In this document: positions 9,111 through 19,577 of the stretch, piece after piece | How the letters are laid out: each line of letters opens with the position of its first letter | Numbering within the stretch: the stretch's first letter is position 1 | From: an uncultured bacterium | GTDB lineage: Bacteria; Zixibacteria; MSB-5A5; CAIYYT01 | Reading direction: 5' to 3' | NCBI GenBank assembly: GCA_903930455.1 | Contig: CAIYYT010000193.1 | Location: forward strand, 7,762 to 71,761 | DNA: 64,000 nucleotides | The notes under the pieces: model-generated | Seen by the model: only the letters and a program-made list of their open reading frames with translations | The model's database searches: none | Told to the model about the DNA's origin: nothing | Made by a program: the position numbers and the translations under genes

Positions 9111-10913
9111 ATGGATCAATCATACTTCGAACAGGAACAAGAAACCGGCTTTACGTCGATGCAGGCCTTCAAAGGCCTGTTTCCGCTGCTCAGGCCTCAT
9201 CGCTGGCGACTACTGAGGAATCTGATCCTGCTGGCGGCGGCGACGGCGCTTTCACTCGTCGGCCCGGTTTTGCTCATGCGCGCTATTGATGTTGATATCA
9301 AGGGCAAAGACACGAACGGTCTGATCCTGACGGTCATCATCTACGCGGCGCTACAATTGGTGGTTCTCGCTGCCTACTACGCGCAGCGAATACACCTCGA
9401 GATCATCGGGCAGGATGTGATCACGAAGCTTAAGCAGCGTTGCTTCGATCACATCATCAAGCTCTCAGTCTCGTTCTTTGATCGCAACCCGGTGGGACGA
9501 CTGCTGTCGCGAGTGGAATCGGACGGCGAATCGCTGCGGATGCTGTTCACATCTACGGTGGTGATGCTGGTCGGTGACGTGATTCTGATTGTCGGCATGT
9601 TGTCGGTGATGTTCTACGCCAACTGGAAACTGACTCTGTTGGTGATGGCTTACGCTCCGTGCATCATCATCCTGATGTACTTCTACGCACGCTTCACCAA
9701 TCCGCGTTTCCTGGAAACGCGTAAGCGCATGGCCGATGTCATCGCGATGATCACCGAGTACTTGCAGGGTATGAGTGTTGTGCAGATATTCAACCGCCAG
9801 AAGTTGGCGCAGGAGCGCCTGAATGAAGCGAATCGAGAGAAGTTCAAGTTGGACGTGGCAACCAGCGTTGCGAATACGACCTTTTTCAACTTCGTATTTT
9901 TTTTCGAGCGACTGACAGTCGCCACCGTCATTCTGTTTGGCGCGCAATTCGTGTCCGGCGAAACGGCGACGACCGGCATGCTGGTGATGTTCATAACGTA
10001 CATCCAGCGCTTTTTCGAGCCGATACATCGGGCTTCGGAACAGCTCTATGTCGTTCAGCGTGCGATCTCGGGTGCGCGACGCATTTTTGCGCTGCTGTCG
10101 AACCGTGAGATAATATCGGAGCCCAAGCAGCCGGTGAAATGGCAGAGTTTCGAGAAGTCGATCATATTCGACAATGTCGGACTGTCTTATACGAATGATG
10201 GCAGTTTCGCCATTCGAGATGTCTCGTTCGAGATCAAGAAGGGACAGAAGGTCGCGTTGGTTGGCGTCACGGGTGGCGGCAAGAGCACGCTGATCAGTTT
10301 GCTACTACGCTTCTACGATCCGACGGAGGGACGCGTTCTGGTGGATGGCATCGACACGCGCAGTATCGCGACCGAGGATTTGCGCTCCAAGTTTGGTTTG
10401 GTGTTGCAAGACATATTCCTCTTTCCGGGGAATGTCAAAGACAATATCACACTTGAGCATGAAGGCGTCTCGGAAGAAGCTTTGCGCAGCACCGCGCGTT
10501 TGGTCGCGGCCGACCGCTTTATCGAGAAGATGCCGAAGAAATACGAGACCGTCATCTCCGAACGCGGCGGTAACCTGAGTCGCGGCGAGCGGCAGTTGCT
10601 GTCGTTTGCGCGGGCGATGGTGTTCAATCCGCAAGTGCTGCTCCTCGACGAAGCCACCAGCTCCGTTGATCCGCACACAGAGAAGCGAATCCAGGTTGCG
10701 CTCAAGCGACTCCTGACCGGACGGACATCACTGATTATCGCACATCGGCTCTCCACAATTCTGGATGCTGATCTGATTTTGGTAATCAGAGAAGGCCGGA
10801 TAATCGAGCGCGGCACTCACAGCGAACTACTGGCGCAGAAGGGTTATTTTGAGAAGTTGTTCCGCCTGCAGTTCCAGGAACACGCAAAAGCGAAGGTGCA
10901 TGATGTGGCGTAA
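9111..10913 (+). CDS. ABC transporter, fused permease/ATP-binding subunit (exporter type, first half of a heterodimer)
   Basis: Six-TM N-terminal domain, then Walker A GVTGGGKST, signature LSRGERQ and Walker B LLLDEATS. Confidence 0.85.
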   Translation: MDQSYFEQEQETGFTSMQAFKGLFPLLRPHRWRLLRNLILLAAATALSLVGPVLLMRAIDVDIKGKDTNGLILTVIIYAALQLVVLAAYYAQRIHLEIIGQDVITKLKQRCFDHIIKLSVSFFDRNPVGRLLSRVESDGESLRMLFTSTVVMLVGDVILIVGMLSVMFYANWKLTLLVMAYAPCIIILMYFYARFTNPRFLETRKRMADVIAMITEYLQGMSVVQIFNRQKLAQERLNEANREKFKLDVATSVANTTFFNFVFFFERLTVATVILFGAQFVSGETATTGMLVMFITYIQRFFEPIHRASEQLYVVQRAISGARRIFALLSNREIISEPKQPVKWQSFEKSIIFDNVGLSYTNDGSFAIRDVSFEIKKGQKVALVGVTGGGKSTLISLLLRFYDPTEGRVLVDGIDTRSIATEDLRSKFGLVLQDIFLFPGNVKDNITLEHEGVSEEALRSTARLVAADRFIEKMPKKYETVISERGGNLSRGERQLLSFARAMVFNPQVLLLDEATSSVDPHTEKRIQVALKRLLTGRTSLIIAHRLSTILDADLILVIREGRIIERGTHSELLAQKGYFEKLFRLQFQEHAKAKVHDVA

Positions 10914-12699
10914 ATTCAAATTTCTGATGAGCGGATACGCCAACTACAAGCTGATGTTTGCATGGCTGATTTTTGGCACGCCGATTTTTGCCCTGATCGT
11001 CATGGTCCAACCGTTGGTGCTCAAGTATGTGTTCGATATCATCGATCACGGCAGTGGCGAGTTGCCGCAGTGGCTGCGATTCCTGCAGAACTTCGTGGAC
11101 GGCTACGGGCTCAGTCCCACCGCCGGTGCGGCCGTGATGCTTGTCATGTTTGCGGTGGGAGCGCTGGTTGTCTATCTGGTGCTGCAGAACAGCCGCGCCT
11201 GGATGAATAATCGGCTGGAGTGGTTCTACCGTCAGCGTGCGTTCAACGCCTCCACGGAAATGGGTCCCGATTTCTTCAACCATTTTCGCACCGGTGATCT
11301 GGTCACCCGCATGACCGATGACGTTGCCGAGAAGCTGTCGTGGTTTGCCTGTTCCGGTATCTTCCGCTTTTATGAGGCGCTCTGTCTGGTCGTTTTCGGG
11401 CTGATACTCATGTTTGGTCTGAACGTGAAGCTGACATTGTACACCGTTCTGCCGATGCCGGTTCTGGTCATTATCTTCATCAAGACCGCAACCTTGCTCG
11501 ACAAGCGTTTCGAACGGCTGCAGGGGAAGATTTCCGACCTCAACAGTTCGATGGAATCCTGTTTTTCCGGCATTCGCGTAATCACGGCTTACAACCGGCG
11601 GAACCTGTGGTCGAAGAAATTCGCCGGAATCATCGGCGACCGTCGTGGGGCCGAAATCAGTGTTGTGCGCGCCTGGGCGGGTATCGAATCGCTCTTTGGC
11701 TACGTCTGGCAATTCGGATTCGTGATCGTCCTGCTCATCGGTGGAGCGATGGCGATCAAGAACAGTGTGTCGATTGGGGAGCTGATTGCATTTACCAACT
11801 ACGTCGTCTGGCTGATCTTTCCGATGTTCGACATCGGGCAGTTTCTGGTCAAGGGCCGTCAGTCGGCGGTCAGTATCGGCCGTCTGATGGAGATTGAGGA
11901 TTTTCCGCCGATGGTGCGCAACGGCAACCATGAGCATGTTGACATCAAGTTCAACACCATCCGCTTCGAGAACGTCTCGTTCGCCTATGAACGCGAAGGA
12001 CGCAAGGTGCTTGATACAGTTGATTTCACGGTGAGGAAGGGTCAAACCGTGGCGCTCGTCGGCAAAGTCGGCAGCGGCAAGAGCACGATTATCCATCTGC
12101 TTACGCGGGTGGCCGATCCAAGCGAAGGCATGGTCTATCTTGACAACATGCCGCTCAAGGAACTGCCGCTGGACTCATATCGCGACATCATTGGCTTTGT
12201 GCCGCAGGAACCGATCCTGTTCTCCGATACGATCGAGGGCAACATTCGGTTCGGCGACAAGTCGATTGCCGACAACCGCGTCAATCAAGTTGTCAAATTG
12301 TCGCAGCTCGATACACAGATGGAGCGCTTCCCGCAAGGGCTGAAGACGATGATCGGTACGCGCGGGTTGACCATATCCGGTGGAGAAAAGCAGCGAGTGG
12401 CAATTGCGAGAGCGCTAGTGCGCAATCCGCAGATTCTGATTCTAGATGATTGCACTTCGGCGCTTGATGCCCGCACCGAAGAACGGCTCTGGGACGCGCT
12501 GCACGAAGTTATGCCGGAGATGACTTGCTTTGTCGTCACGCATCGCACCAAGACCTTGCGTCTGGCCGACAAAATTTTATTGTTCGACGAAGGCAAAGTC
12601 ATTGACCGTGGCACTCACGACGAACTGATGGCAGGTTCGGCGGTCTATCAGGAACTTTACTCGCGTAGCGAGTTGCAGGAGCAGGTGGGAGCGGCGTAA
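10900..12699 (+). CDS. ABC transporter, fused permease/ATP-binding subunit (second half of a heterodimeric exporter)
   Basis: TM domain followed by Walker A GKVGSGKST, signature ISGGEKQ and Walker B ILILDDCTS. Start ATG at 10900 overlaps the upstream stop. Confidence 0.85.
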   Translation: MMWRKFKFLMSGYANYKLMFAWLIFGTPIFALIVMVQPLVLKYVFDIIDHGSGELPQWLRFLQNFVDGYGLSPTAGAAVMLVMFAVGALVVYLVLQNSRAWMNNRLEWFYRQRAFNASTEMGPDFFNHFRTGDLVTRMTDDVAEKLSWFACSGIFRFYEALCLVVFGLILMFGLNVKLTLYTVLPMPVLVIIFIKTATLLDKRFERLQGKISDLNSSMESCFSGIRVITAYNRRNLWSKKFAGIIGDRRGAEISVVRAWAGIESLFGYVWQFGFVIVLLIGGAMAIKNSVSIGELIAFTNYVVWLIFPMFDIGQFLVKGRQSAVSIGRLMEIEDFPPMVRNGNHEHVDIKFNTIRFENVSFAYEREGRKVLDTVDFTVRKGQTVALVGKVGSGKSTIIHLLTRVADPSEGMVYLDNMPLKELPLDSYRDIIGFVPQEPILFSDTIEGNIRFGDKSIADNRVNQVVKLSQLDTQMERFPQGLKTMIGTRGLTISGGEKQRVAIARALVRNPQILILDDCTSALDARTEERLWDALHEVMPEMTCFVVTHRTKTLRLADKILLFDEGKVIDRGTHDELMAGSAVYQELYSRSELQEQVGAA

Positions 12700-12703
12700 G
12701 AGT

Positions 12704-12730
12704 AAGGGTGAGTCGTTGACTCGCCCTTCT
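12704..12730. terminator. hairpin between convergent genes (putative bidirectional terminator)
   Basis: aagggtgagtcgttgactcgccctt lies between the stop at 12699 (+) and the stop at 12729 (-). Confidence 0.35.
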
Positions 12731-13745
12731 ATTGATCTTCACTTTCCGGACCATAGAGCTGGTCGGCCATTTGTCGAGTAAGCAGGTAGCGCGGATATTC
12801 GTAGACACAGAATAGTCTACTCGTGTGACGTTTGTCGTCTGAGTCCGTCAGCTCAAGATGAGCCGTCATTACTTTCAAGCTGTCGGGCACCACTCTACTA
12901 AGTCGAAATGCGATGCCGAAGGTCTGTGGGACTCCGGGAGCCAGACCGAAAGGCTGAAGATAGTTTAGATTTATGCCGCGCCGCATGCCGCCTGATCCTA
13001 TCCAACCTTCATTATATAACTCATCTGTTTCCAATTTAATTTCTTCAATGGTGACATAGAGCTTCGCGCTATCAACGGTAATAGGTACTGCCCCGCGGTT
13101 GACAAACTCTCCGACAAATGTAATGATGGCAGATGGAAGCGGCCGCTTGTCAATGTCCTCCTCGCGATAAAATCTTGGCAGTGAGTCGTATTTCTCCGAT
13201 GGCATACGATCCACTACTCTTACTCGAATTCCCGACTGATTCCTGTACGGCGCGTTGCCGCCACGTAGTCCGAAATCTTGTGCAGGATTGTCGGGGTTGT
13301 TCGGGTAGGCTATGATCTGGTCAAGGCGCTGGCGTAGCCCTGACTCGATCTGCAGTGCAATGCTATCATCATCAAGATACTCTGCGGTCCCGTACTGCCC
13401 CAAATCGAACGGTATTTTCTGGGATTTCTCAATCAACATGATCGTGCGACCTTTCGACAAGCAATGTCTCAGCCCAAGTTCGTATAGCACGTTTGGGTTG
13501 TGATCCGTAAGAACTGCCACCACCAGTTCGGATTCCTGCAAATCGTTGATAATACCGAACAACATGTTTCCTTGAGGTGCTTCAGCTCTTTTGACGTGCA
13601 CTTCGTTTGATTTGAACGTCTCCTTGAGTTTGTCTTTTATTCGAGATTCCATACACTCCTTGAGCGTTACAAAAAAGTTGTTCCAGTAGGAGTCAGTATG
13701 TTTCTCGGACGTCTCGGAGAATGGCATAATTACGAACACTTGCAT
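12729..13745 (-). CDS. hypothetical protein with an N-terminal nucleoside 2-deoxyribosyltransferase-like (TIR/SLOG-type Rossmann) domain and a C-terminal beta-rich domain of unknown function
   Basis: Begins MQVFVIMPFSE with GGAGGTG 5 nt upstream. NPNVLYELGLRHCLSKGRTIML fits the catalytic-Glu motif of the deoxyribosyltransferase/TIR-like superfamily (xxxfYElGyAlalgKpvi). Lower GC than the neighbouring ABC genes by eye. Confidence 0.5.
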   Translation of the reverse strand: MQVFVIMPFSETSEKHTDSYWNNFFVTLKECMESRIKDKLKETFKSNEVHVKRAEAPQGNMLFGIINDLQESELVVAVLTDHNPNVLYELGLRHCLSKGRTIMLIEKSQKIPFDLGQYGTAEYLDDDSIALQIESGLRQRLDQIIAYPNNPDNPAQDFGLRGGNAPYRNQSGIRVRVVDRMPSEKYDSLPRFYREEDIDKRPLPSAIITFVGEFVNRGAVPITVDSAKLYVTIEEIKLETDELYNEGWIGSGGMRRGINLNYLQPFGLAPGVPQTFGIAFRLSRVVPDSLKVMTAHLELTDSDDKRHTSRLFCVYEYPRYLLTRQMADQLYGPESEDQ

Positions 13746-14019
13746 AAACACCTCCAAAGCCAATACAACATCAAATATACCACAATTCCACTCAGCCACA
13801 CGAATAACTTCGTGTGCGATATGCGAGCATCCCGATCACCTAATCATGGCAGTGTCACTTATCGGTCGAACTTCATGCCATTGGCGGGGGTAGAAGTAGT
13901 AGGTGGAGAATGGAGCAGCTTCCAGCATGACTTTTGGGTCGCCAAGCTGCCACCAAATCTGCGAAAAGAGTTTGTCAACGGCGGCTACTTTGCTTTAATT
14001 CCCTTGGTCATAAACGAAG

Positions 14020-14637
14020 GTGTGTCTTATGAACAGAAAACAATTCTCCGTTATGCTCGTTTCGGCCATTGTGCTGTTGTTCTGCAGTCAAGCAGAGTCG
14101 GCAATCAGTCTGCGCGCTGGAATGGCAGCGCCTTTGGGTGAGTCTAAGAATCTCGCCAAGACGGGATGGACCGCGGAAGTGCTCGCTGATGTTCGCCCGT
14201 TACCGGTCAGTGCCTTCACGGTTGTTGTGGTGTTCAACACGTCGCACCTCGCCCAGCGTAAGTACGATTTCACTGTCGCTGGAGAGACCCATACCCAGAA
14301 ATCGCAGATGACCTTTACCGGTGGCGGCATCGGTCTGCGCGTCATGCCGCCGACCCCGGTTTTCAAACCGTTTGGCGAGCTTTTGGGTCGGGTATCATCT
14401 GTGCAACAAGACTTCCGAGACAATGCCGATAAAGCATCTGTGGAATCGAAGACCAAACTTGGTTACGAGATCAATGCCGGTTTGCGCTACGGTGTCTCAC
14501 CGGGGGTCGATTTGGAACTTGGCGGTGGTTACACTGCCTTCTCTAAGACAAAACTCAAACACAAAGATACCGTTATGGAAATTGCCCCGCGGGGTTGGCA
14601 AGTTTTTCTCGGTGTCGCTCTGACGATTGGCTTGTAA
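14020..14637 (+). CDS. outer-membrane beta-barrel protein (OmpW/OmpA-like small barrel)
   Basis: Signal peptide. Alternating hydrophobic beta-strand pattern. C-terminal ...FLGVALTIGL. Confidence 0.5.
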   Translation: MCLMNRKQFSVMLVSAIVLLFCSQAESAISLRAGMAAPLGESKNLAKTGWTAEVLADVRPLPVSAFTVVVVFNTSHLAQRKYDFTVAGETHTQKSQMTFTGGGIGLRVMPPTPVFKPFGELLGRVSSVQQDFRDNADKASVESKTKLGYEINAGLRYGVSPGVDLELGGGYTAFSKTKLKHKDTVMEIAPRGWQVFLGVALTIGL

Positions 14638-14645
14638 GGAGCAAA

Positions 14646-15686
14646 ATGAAGAAGAACATCATCAGTCTAAGTCTCTGTTTTCTCGCCGCACTGCTTCTTT
14701 GGTCTTGTTCCGGCGATAAACAGCCACAGAAATCTTCGTCGGCACAGGCGCAGAGTGTGAGCAATGATACTGCCAAGACACAGCCACCTTTGGCCAAGTC
14801 CGATCGCTATTACGTCCTGGATAGGAAACAGAAGACGATATTTGAGATTAATCTTAACACTGACTCCATCACCCAGCGGTTCGTTCTGGATGATGATGTT
14901 GTTGCCATCGCCTACGACATAGAAAAGGAAAGGGTGTATGAAGCTATCACAACGCCCAAACCGGGCCTGAAGATATTCGATCCCAAGACATCCAAGACAA
15001 TTCAGAGTTTCGATTTCAAACAACCGCCCTCCGACATCCTGTTTCATCCAATCAAGAGGGAACTCTACATTACTTCCGAGGATCCGACCTATTTCCGGAT
15101 ATTTCTGCCCGACTCAATGAAGACGAAATATGAATACCCACTCACGATAAACAATGCGCTCCCAGTTGGTCCGCGCGTGATGACTCCCGGACCGGCGGGC
15201 AAGATCATTACGGCCAATGGTCCCCGCGCAAGTGTTACTTTGCTTTCGACCGACGGCAACTACGCCTACCAAACGGTTATCATCAAAGGCGCGAAATCCG
15301 TTGACAATGCCGTCTCTTCCTTCGATGGCAAATCCGCTTTTTGCTGTGATAGCAAGCAGGGCAAGATCTTCCGAATCGAGTTCGGTTCGGGCAAAATGCT
15401 GGCACAGAAGGAAGGCTTGGACAACCCAAGGCTGATGCAGTTTGAAGTCGACAGCCGCACGGTGGTGGTAGTAGTTGGCAAGACCAAAGTGTTGATGCTA
15501 AATCCCGACAGCTTTGCCGAAACAGGCCAAATCGATCTCTCGGACGACGGTGACGAAATTCTGTCATTGCTCATTCCGCCCAAGGCCAACTATGCCGAAT
15601 TGACGATGGACTACAAAGGCGTGACCCGCTGGCTTCGTCTCGACATTCGCACCTGGGTACCTATGCGGATGGTCGAGCTATACTGA
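14646..15686 (+). CDS. hypothetical lipoprotein
   Basis: MKKNIISLSLCFLAALLLWSCSG lipobox. No recognisable domain. Start taken at the internal ATG. Confidence 0.5.
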   Translation: MKKNIISLSLCFLAALLLWSCSGDKQPQKSSSAQAQSVSNDTAKTQPPLAKSDRYYVLDRKQKTIFEINLNTDSITQRFVLDDDVVAIAYDIEKERVYEAITTPKPGLKIFDPKTSKTIQSFDFKQPPSDILFHPIKRELYITSEDPTYFRIFLPDSMKTKYEYPLTINNALPVGPRVMTPGPAGKIITANGPRASVTLLSTDGNYAYQTVIIKGAKSVDNAVSSFDGKSAFCCDSKQGKIFRIEFGSGKMLAQKEGLDNPRLMQFEVDSRTVVVVVGKTKVLMLNPDSFAETGQIDLSDDGDEILSLLIPPKANYAELTMDYKGVTRWLRLDIRTWVPMRMVELY

Positions 15687-16284
15687 CGGAGCTATTTCGG
15701 CGCAGTTGTTAGTCGGGCAGGGCGAGCTATACTCGCGTGGCGTCGATGGAGGTCTCCGGTTCACCCAGTAACTTCTTCCTGCTGATCGCCGTCACCATCC
15801 CCAGTGCCGATTATGCGCTGGTACGAATTCTCTGGACGCTGTTGAACGCGATCGAGTGGCTCTTCCCGCCAATCACCACGATGCAGCCGAAACACACTCA
15901 AGACGCTCTCGCCTCAGCATAAAACCAGGTTTTTCAACAGTCCCCAAGACGGGGTTCTCGGCGATTGCGCCGATTCTCGTATTCCACAGCACCGATCAAT
16001 GCGTGGCGCCGGTTTTCAAGCCGCTGTCAGAGTCATTCGAACTTACTTACACCGCTATCTGACCGTTTTCCAAACTCTCGATGCTGTAAGAAACAAGAAT
16101 CGATTCGCAGCCTCTTGGACCTGAATCGATAAACCCCAAGAACTGACTTATATGACAACCTCTCCTTTTCCTGACGGAACAGACTCTGGCGTGTCATTCT
16201 CCTGAAAGCGGGAATCCAGCAGAGTAGGTCAGGCCGTCTTGCGACCTGACAGAGAACTGAGGGACTACGGCGAGGACGGACTAC

Positions 16285-17673
16285 CTAAGCACGATTTGAC
16301 GCAAGCAGATGATTGCGCCTAATGGCCTCCGTCAGTCCCAGGGAAATCCAGAAATAATTGGCGTAGGAGCCGGAACTCATCAAAGAACCGGTGTCAAAAA
16401 GCAGCCCAACCAAAACTGCCGCCAGCATGGCCAGCGTCGCCTCCTGAAACGCACGAGATTCCGGATTAGGCGCTTCTCGCCTCGCTCGAATGGTGTGTTT
16501 GAAGAGATTGTAGACAAACAGAAGGAAGATCAGAAGTCCCGGAATGCCGGTGGTCAACATGATGTGCAGGTAGTAGTTGTGCGCATTGAATTCTGATTCC
16601 TTGGTAATCAGAAAGAAGCGAGTGCCGATGTCGGCAGTTCGAGCGTCAAGCACGTCCTCGGTTAACGTCAGAGGGCCCACTCCAAAGAGAGGATGTTCGC
16701 GGATACCCTTCAGAGAGTAATCCCAAAGGGAGGTGCGATGAGTCGTGCCGGCTCTCAGGCGAGACACTTGCCGAAACAGGGAGTAGACTTGGGGGTCTGT
16801 GACCACGAAGATGGCGACAGCTGCCACCAGCATTGCCAGCAGTGACAGCAGCTTGAATTGGCGTCGTAGAATCAGAAAAACCACCGTCGCGGCAGCCAGC
16901 ATCAGCCAGGTGGCGCGAGACCAGGCCAGTGCAATCCCCACCATGCCGATAGCAGCGCCGAGTCGATATATCAACCTCACTGAACGGCGGTGGTAAATCG
17001 ATCCTGCCGCGACCAGCATCGGCACGATCATCATCAGAGCAACACTATATCCACCCGCGTTGATCATGAATCCGGCAATTCGCCGATAAGGTCCCGACAG
17101 CAGTCCGACAAATGAATATGAACATGAGGCGATCACACCGATTAACAGTACGGCCAGAATCAGATCGAGATGCGAGCGTTTGGTGATGGTGGAGATGGCG
17201 AACAAGTAGACCACCAAAAAGAGCGATTTGGACAACACGTTGACAAGGCTGCCCATTGGATGGATGGCCAGCAGAGAGCAGACAACTCCCCACGCTAAGT
17301 ACAACGCAAAATAGCGCACGACGGCATCGGCCTTGAACTCCACAGTGGTTCCTTTGAACAGCAAACGCAGGATTGTGGCGGCAGCTACGATGGCTACGGC
17401 TCCCCATTTGAGCATGCGCGTGAATTCAAAGCTGGATTCACCGACGACATTGATCTGGGAAATTGCTGCCAACAGGATGATGAATCCCGCGTCCGAAATC
17501 AGGCAACCGCCGAGAATCAAGATCCCGATCAGCGCGGCTGTTGTATAGAGCGGGCCGATCCACGGCAACGCCGCCACCAGAATGGCATCAAATATCAGAA
17601 TCAGAACGATGCCGACCACCCTCAATGTTTGGTCAGGGGAAGATATAGCCAGCGACAGTACTCGGTTATTCAT
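16285..17673 (-). CDS. O-antigen ligase/polymerase-like (Wzy_C-type) polytopic membrane protein
   Basis: About 10-12 TM helices with one large periplasmic loop, the typical architecture. Confidence 0.55.
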   Translation of the reverse strand: MNNRVLSLAISSPDQTLRVVGIVLILIFDAILVAALPWIGPLYTTAALIGILILGGCLISDAGFIILLAAISQINVVGESSFEFTRMLKWGAVAIVAAATILRLLFKGTTVEFKADAVVRYFALYLAWGVVCSLLAIHPMGSLVNVLSKSLFLVVYLFAISTITKRSHLDLILAVLLIGVIASCSYSFVGLLSGPYRRIAGFMINAGGYSVALMMIVPMLVAAGSIYHRRSVRLIYRLGAAIGMVGIALAWSRATWLMLAAATVVFLILRRQFKLLSLLAMLVAAVAIFVVTDPQVYSLFRQVSRLRAGTTHRTSLWDYSLKGIREHPLFGVGPLTLTEDVLDARTADIGTRFFLITKESEFNAHNYYLHIMLTTGIPGLLIFLLFVYNLFKHTIRARREAPNPESRAFQEATLAMLAAVLVGLLFDTGSLMSSGSYANYFWISLGLTEAIRRNHLLASNRA

Positions 17674-18236
17674 ATCGCTACAGAAAACAGGCTGGTTGCC
17701 AGCAATCGGCGATGTCGCCCAAATCGGACAGCCGCTGTGGACCTAGTGCCGAATGTGTCGTGTCCCATGGGCGGAGCATCAATCTGCGAAGCGTCGACGC
17801 AACTGAGATGACATGCAACCCAGATGCTCCAGGCTGGACTTGAACTCCCTCCCTGTCGCTTACAAGGCGGATGCTCTATCTGAACGAACCAGAACATACA
17901 GCAGAACACACTCCGCGACTAGGGTGAGAAATCGGGGGCATCAACCGATGATCGACGCGCGTCCGCGATTTACCGAGGATATTGGCAATGGTCGGTGACC
18001 AAACACTCTGCAGAGCCCAAGGTAGCACTGCCATGAAGTTATGCAACAACATTCTTCCCGACGAGGCGAACAAGAATATTGGTTCTCTCGATGTTTCCGA
18101 TAACGTGGCAATGGTCATCTGCACCGTCGCGATCTCATCGCCACACCGTTCAGTCCCGAGCCGGAGGTCTGAAAGGGGCAGTGATGCCATTTCGAGTTGC
18201 TTTATGGCTTGCTCAATCCTAAGTTACATAGACTAT

Positions 18237-19478
18237 ATGAACTCTCGTGACCTTCGCCAGATTCCCGGGCAGCACCATCTGCTCTTTGCCGCACTGGCTA
18301 TTTGTGTGACTATTCAGATTTGCGGAATTGCATTCCTGTCGCAAGGTCACGCAAACCTCGATACTCAGGAGTATCTCTCTATCAGTAGGAGTCTGGTGGA
18401 GGGCAACGGCTACGGCGTTGTCTGCGCCTCGTTTACCGACTTCGATGCGTTTCGGGGCGAGAGCCCAACGCGGATGCGGCAGCCCGGATACCCCTTCTAC
18501 CTCGTCTTGTTTTACTGGTTGACGGGACAAAGGGATCTGATTGTGCAGATATCGCAAATCATCCTGAATCTCCTTACCCTCGTGGTCGCCTATCGTATCG
18601 CGCTGGGCGTATATGGCGAGCGTTCTCAAAATGCTACGCTTCTGCTGCTTGCCGCCTATTTTCCACTCTGGGTGACATCCGCATTTATCCTCACGGAGAG
18701 TCTGTTTACGTTCCTGTTGGTTAGCACGATGTACTTGCTGTGGCGCGCTACGACGACTCAGTCGAGGTTGCTGCATTTCGGAGCGACAGGGGCAGGTTTT
18801 GCGGCAATGCTGTTGACCAGGCCAATTGCCATGCTCCCTTGTCTGCTTTGCCTAATTCCACTCTGGGCTCATCTTGGTTTTCGCAAATCGGTGCGTTGGT
18901 GGGGGCTTCAGGCCGCAGTGTGTCTCGTGCTAGTGGCCCCTTGGTTCATCAGGAATTCTGTTTCGCTGGGCGACTATACGCTTCTTTCCTCTGATGGCGG
19001 ATATAACCTGTGGTATTCGAGCGTCCCCGACAGTGCTCCGAAGTGGTTTGATTCACCGCAGTTTGCTGAGATAGTCGGAGACGGTTACTACCTTGATCGG
19101 GCGGCTAACGAACGATTCACGCAGAAAGCGATAGTAAACATCAAGGCGGATCCGGGCAACTACGCTGCACGCGCTTTGGTCAGACCATTTTGGACTTGGA
19201 GCTACTTCCCCGGTTCCAGACAGTATCGAGACCTGACGGCGCTGTTCATAGCCTTGAATGTCGTACATTATGCAATCCTTCTGCTCGCAGCAGTTGGCAT
19301 AACCACTGCCTCAAGACGCGACCTGGCATACTTGCTTTTGCCGGTAGTCAGTCTCTCGATTGTGCTGACGGTTTCCAAAGGGATTTCTCGTTTCATTGTT
19401 CCGGCAATGCCGTTCGTCTTGATTCTGGCAGGACAAGGGATCGATCGCATCTGGAGATTGGCGCGGCGACGGTCATGA
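18237..19478 (+). CDS. glycosyltransferase family 39-like (ArnT/PMT-type) membrane protein
   Basis: Polytopic N-terminal region with the TM/loop arrangement of dolichyl-phosphate-mannose-type transferases. Start taken at internal ATG 18237; the longer ORF begins at 17982. Confidence 0.5.
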   Translation: MNSRDLRQIPGQHHLLFAALAICVTIQICGIAFLSQGHANLDTQEYLSISRSLVEGNGYGVVCASFTDFDAFRGESPTRMRQPGYPFYLVLFYWLTGQRDLIVQISQIILNLLTLVVAYRIALGVYGERSQNATLLLLAAYFPLWVTSAFILTESLFTFLLVSTMYLLWRATTTQSRLLHFGATGAGFAAMLLTRPIAMLPCLLCLIPLWAHLGFRKSVRWWGLQAAVCLVLVAPWFIRNSVSLGDYTLLSSDGGYNLWYSSVPDSAPKWFDSPQFAEIVGDGYYLDRAANERFTQKAIVNIKADPGNYAARALVRPFWTWSYFPGSRQYRDLTALFIALNVVHYAILLLAAVGITTASRRDLAYLLLPVVSLSIVLTVSKGISRFIVPAMPFVLILAGQGIDRIWRLARRRS

Positions 19479-19577
19479 CCCGCCAGCTTACGTTTTCTCC
19501 GTGCAGCCAACAGCCCGCGTCGAAAACTGCTTGGCTCGTCAAACGTCAGTGTTTGATCCATGGAACTGGTTTCGCTT

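Noticed and set aside
10786-12096. 436-aa minus-strand ORF, and several other 100-250-aa antisense ORFs (for example 1863-2459, 4481-5146, 9465-10028, 28598-29026)
   Set aside because: They lie wholly inside well-supported genes on the opposite strand (ABC exporter, amt, CPBP, ABC-2 permease). They have Arg/His/Gln-rich low-complexity translations typical of antisense frames in GC-rich DNA.
16225-16250. Hairpin gtcaggccgtcttgcgacctgac downstream of the O-antigen-ligase-like gene, as its terminator
   Set aside because: There is no U-run on the transcribed strand. It may still be a weak terminator, but I did not list it as a feature.
17820-17905. tRNA-like stretch containing a T-loop-like GGAGTTCAAGTCC and an anticodon-loop-like CTTACAA
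   Set aside because: Neither strand gives a consistent cloverleaf. The T-stem flanks are not complementary, and the anticodon stem has 3-4 pairs at best. I treat it as chance, or at most a decayed fragment.
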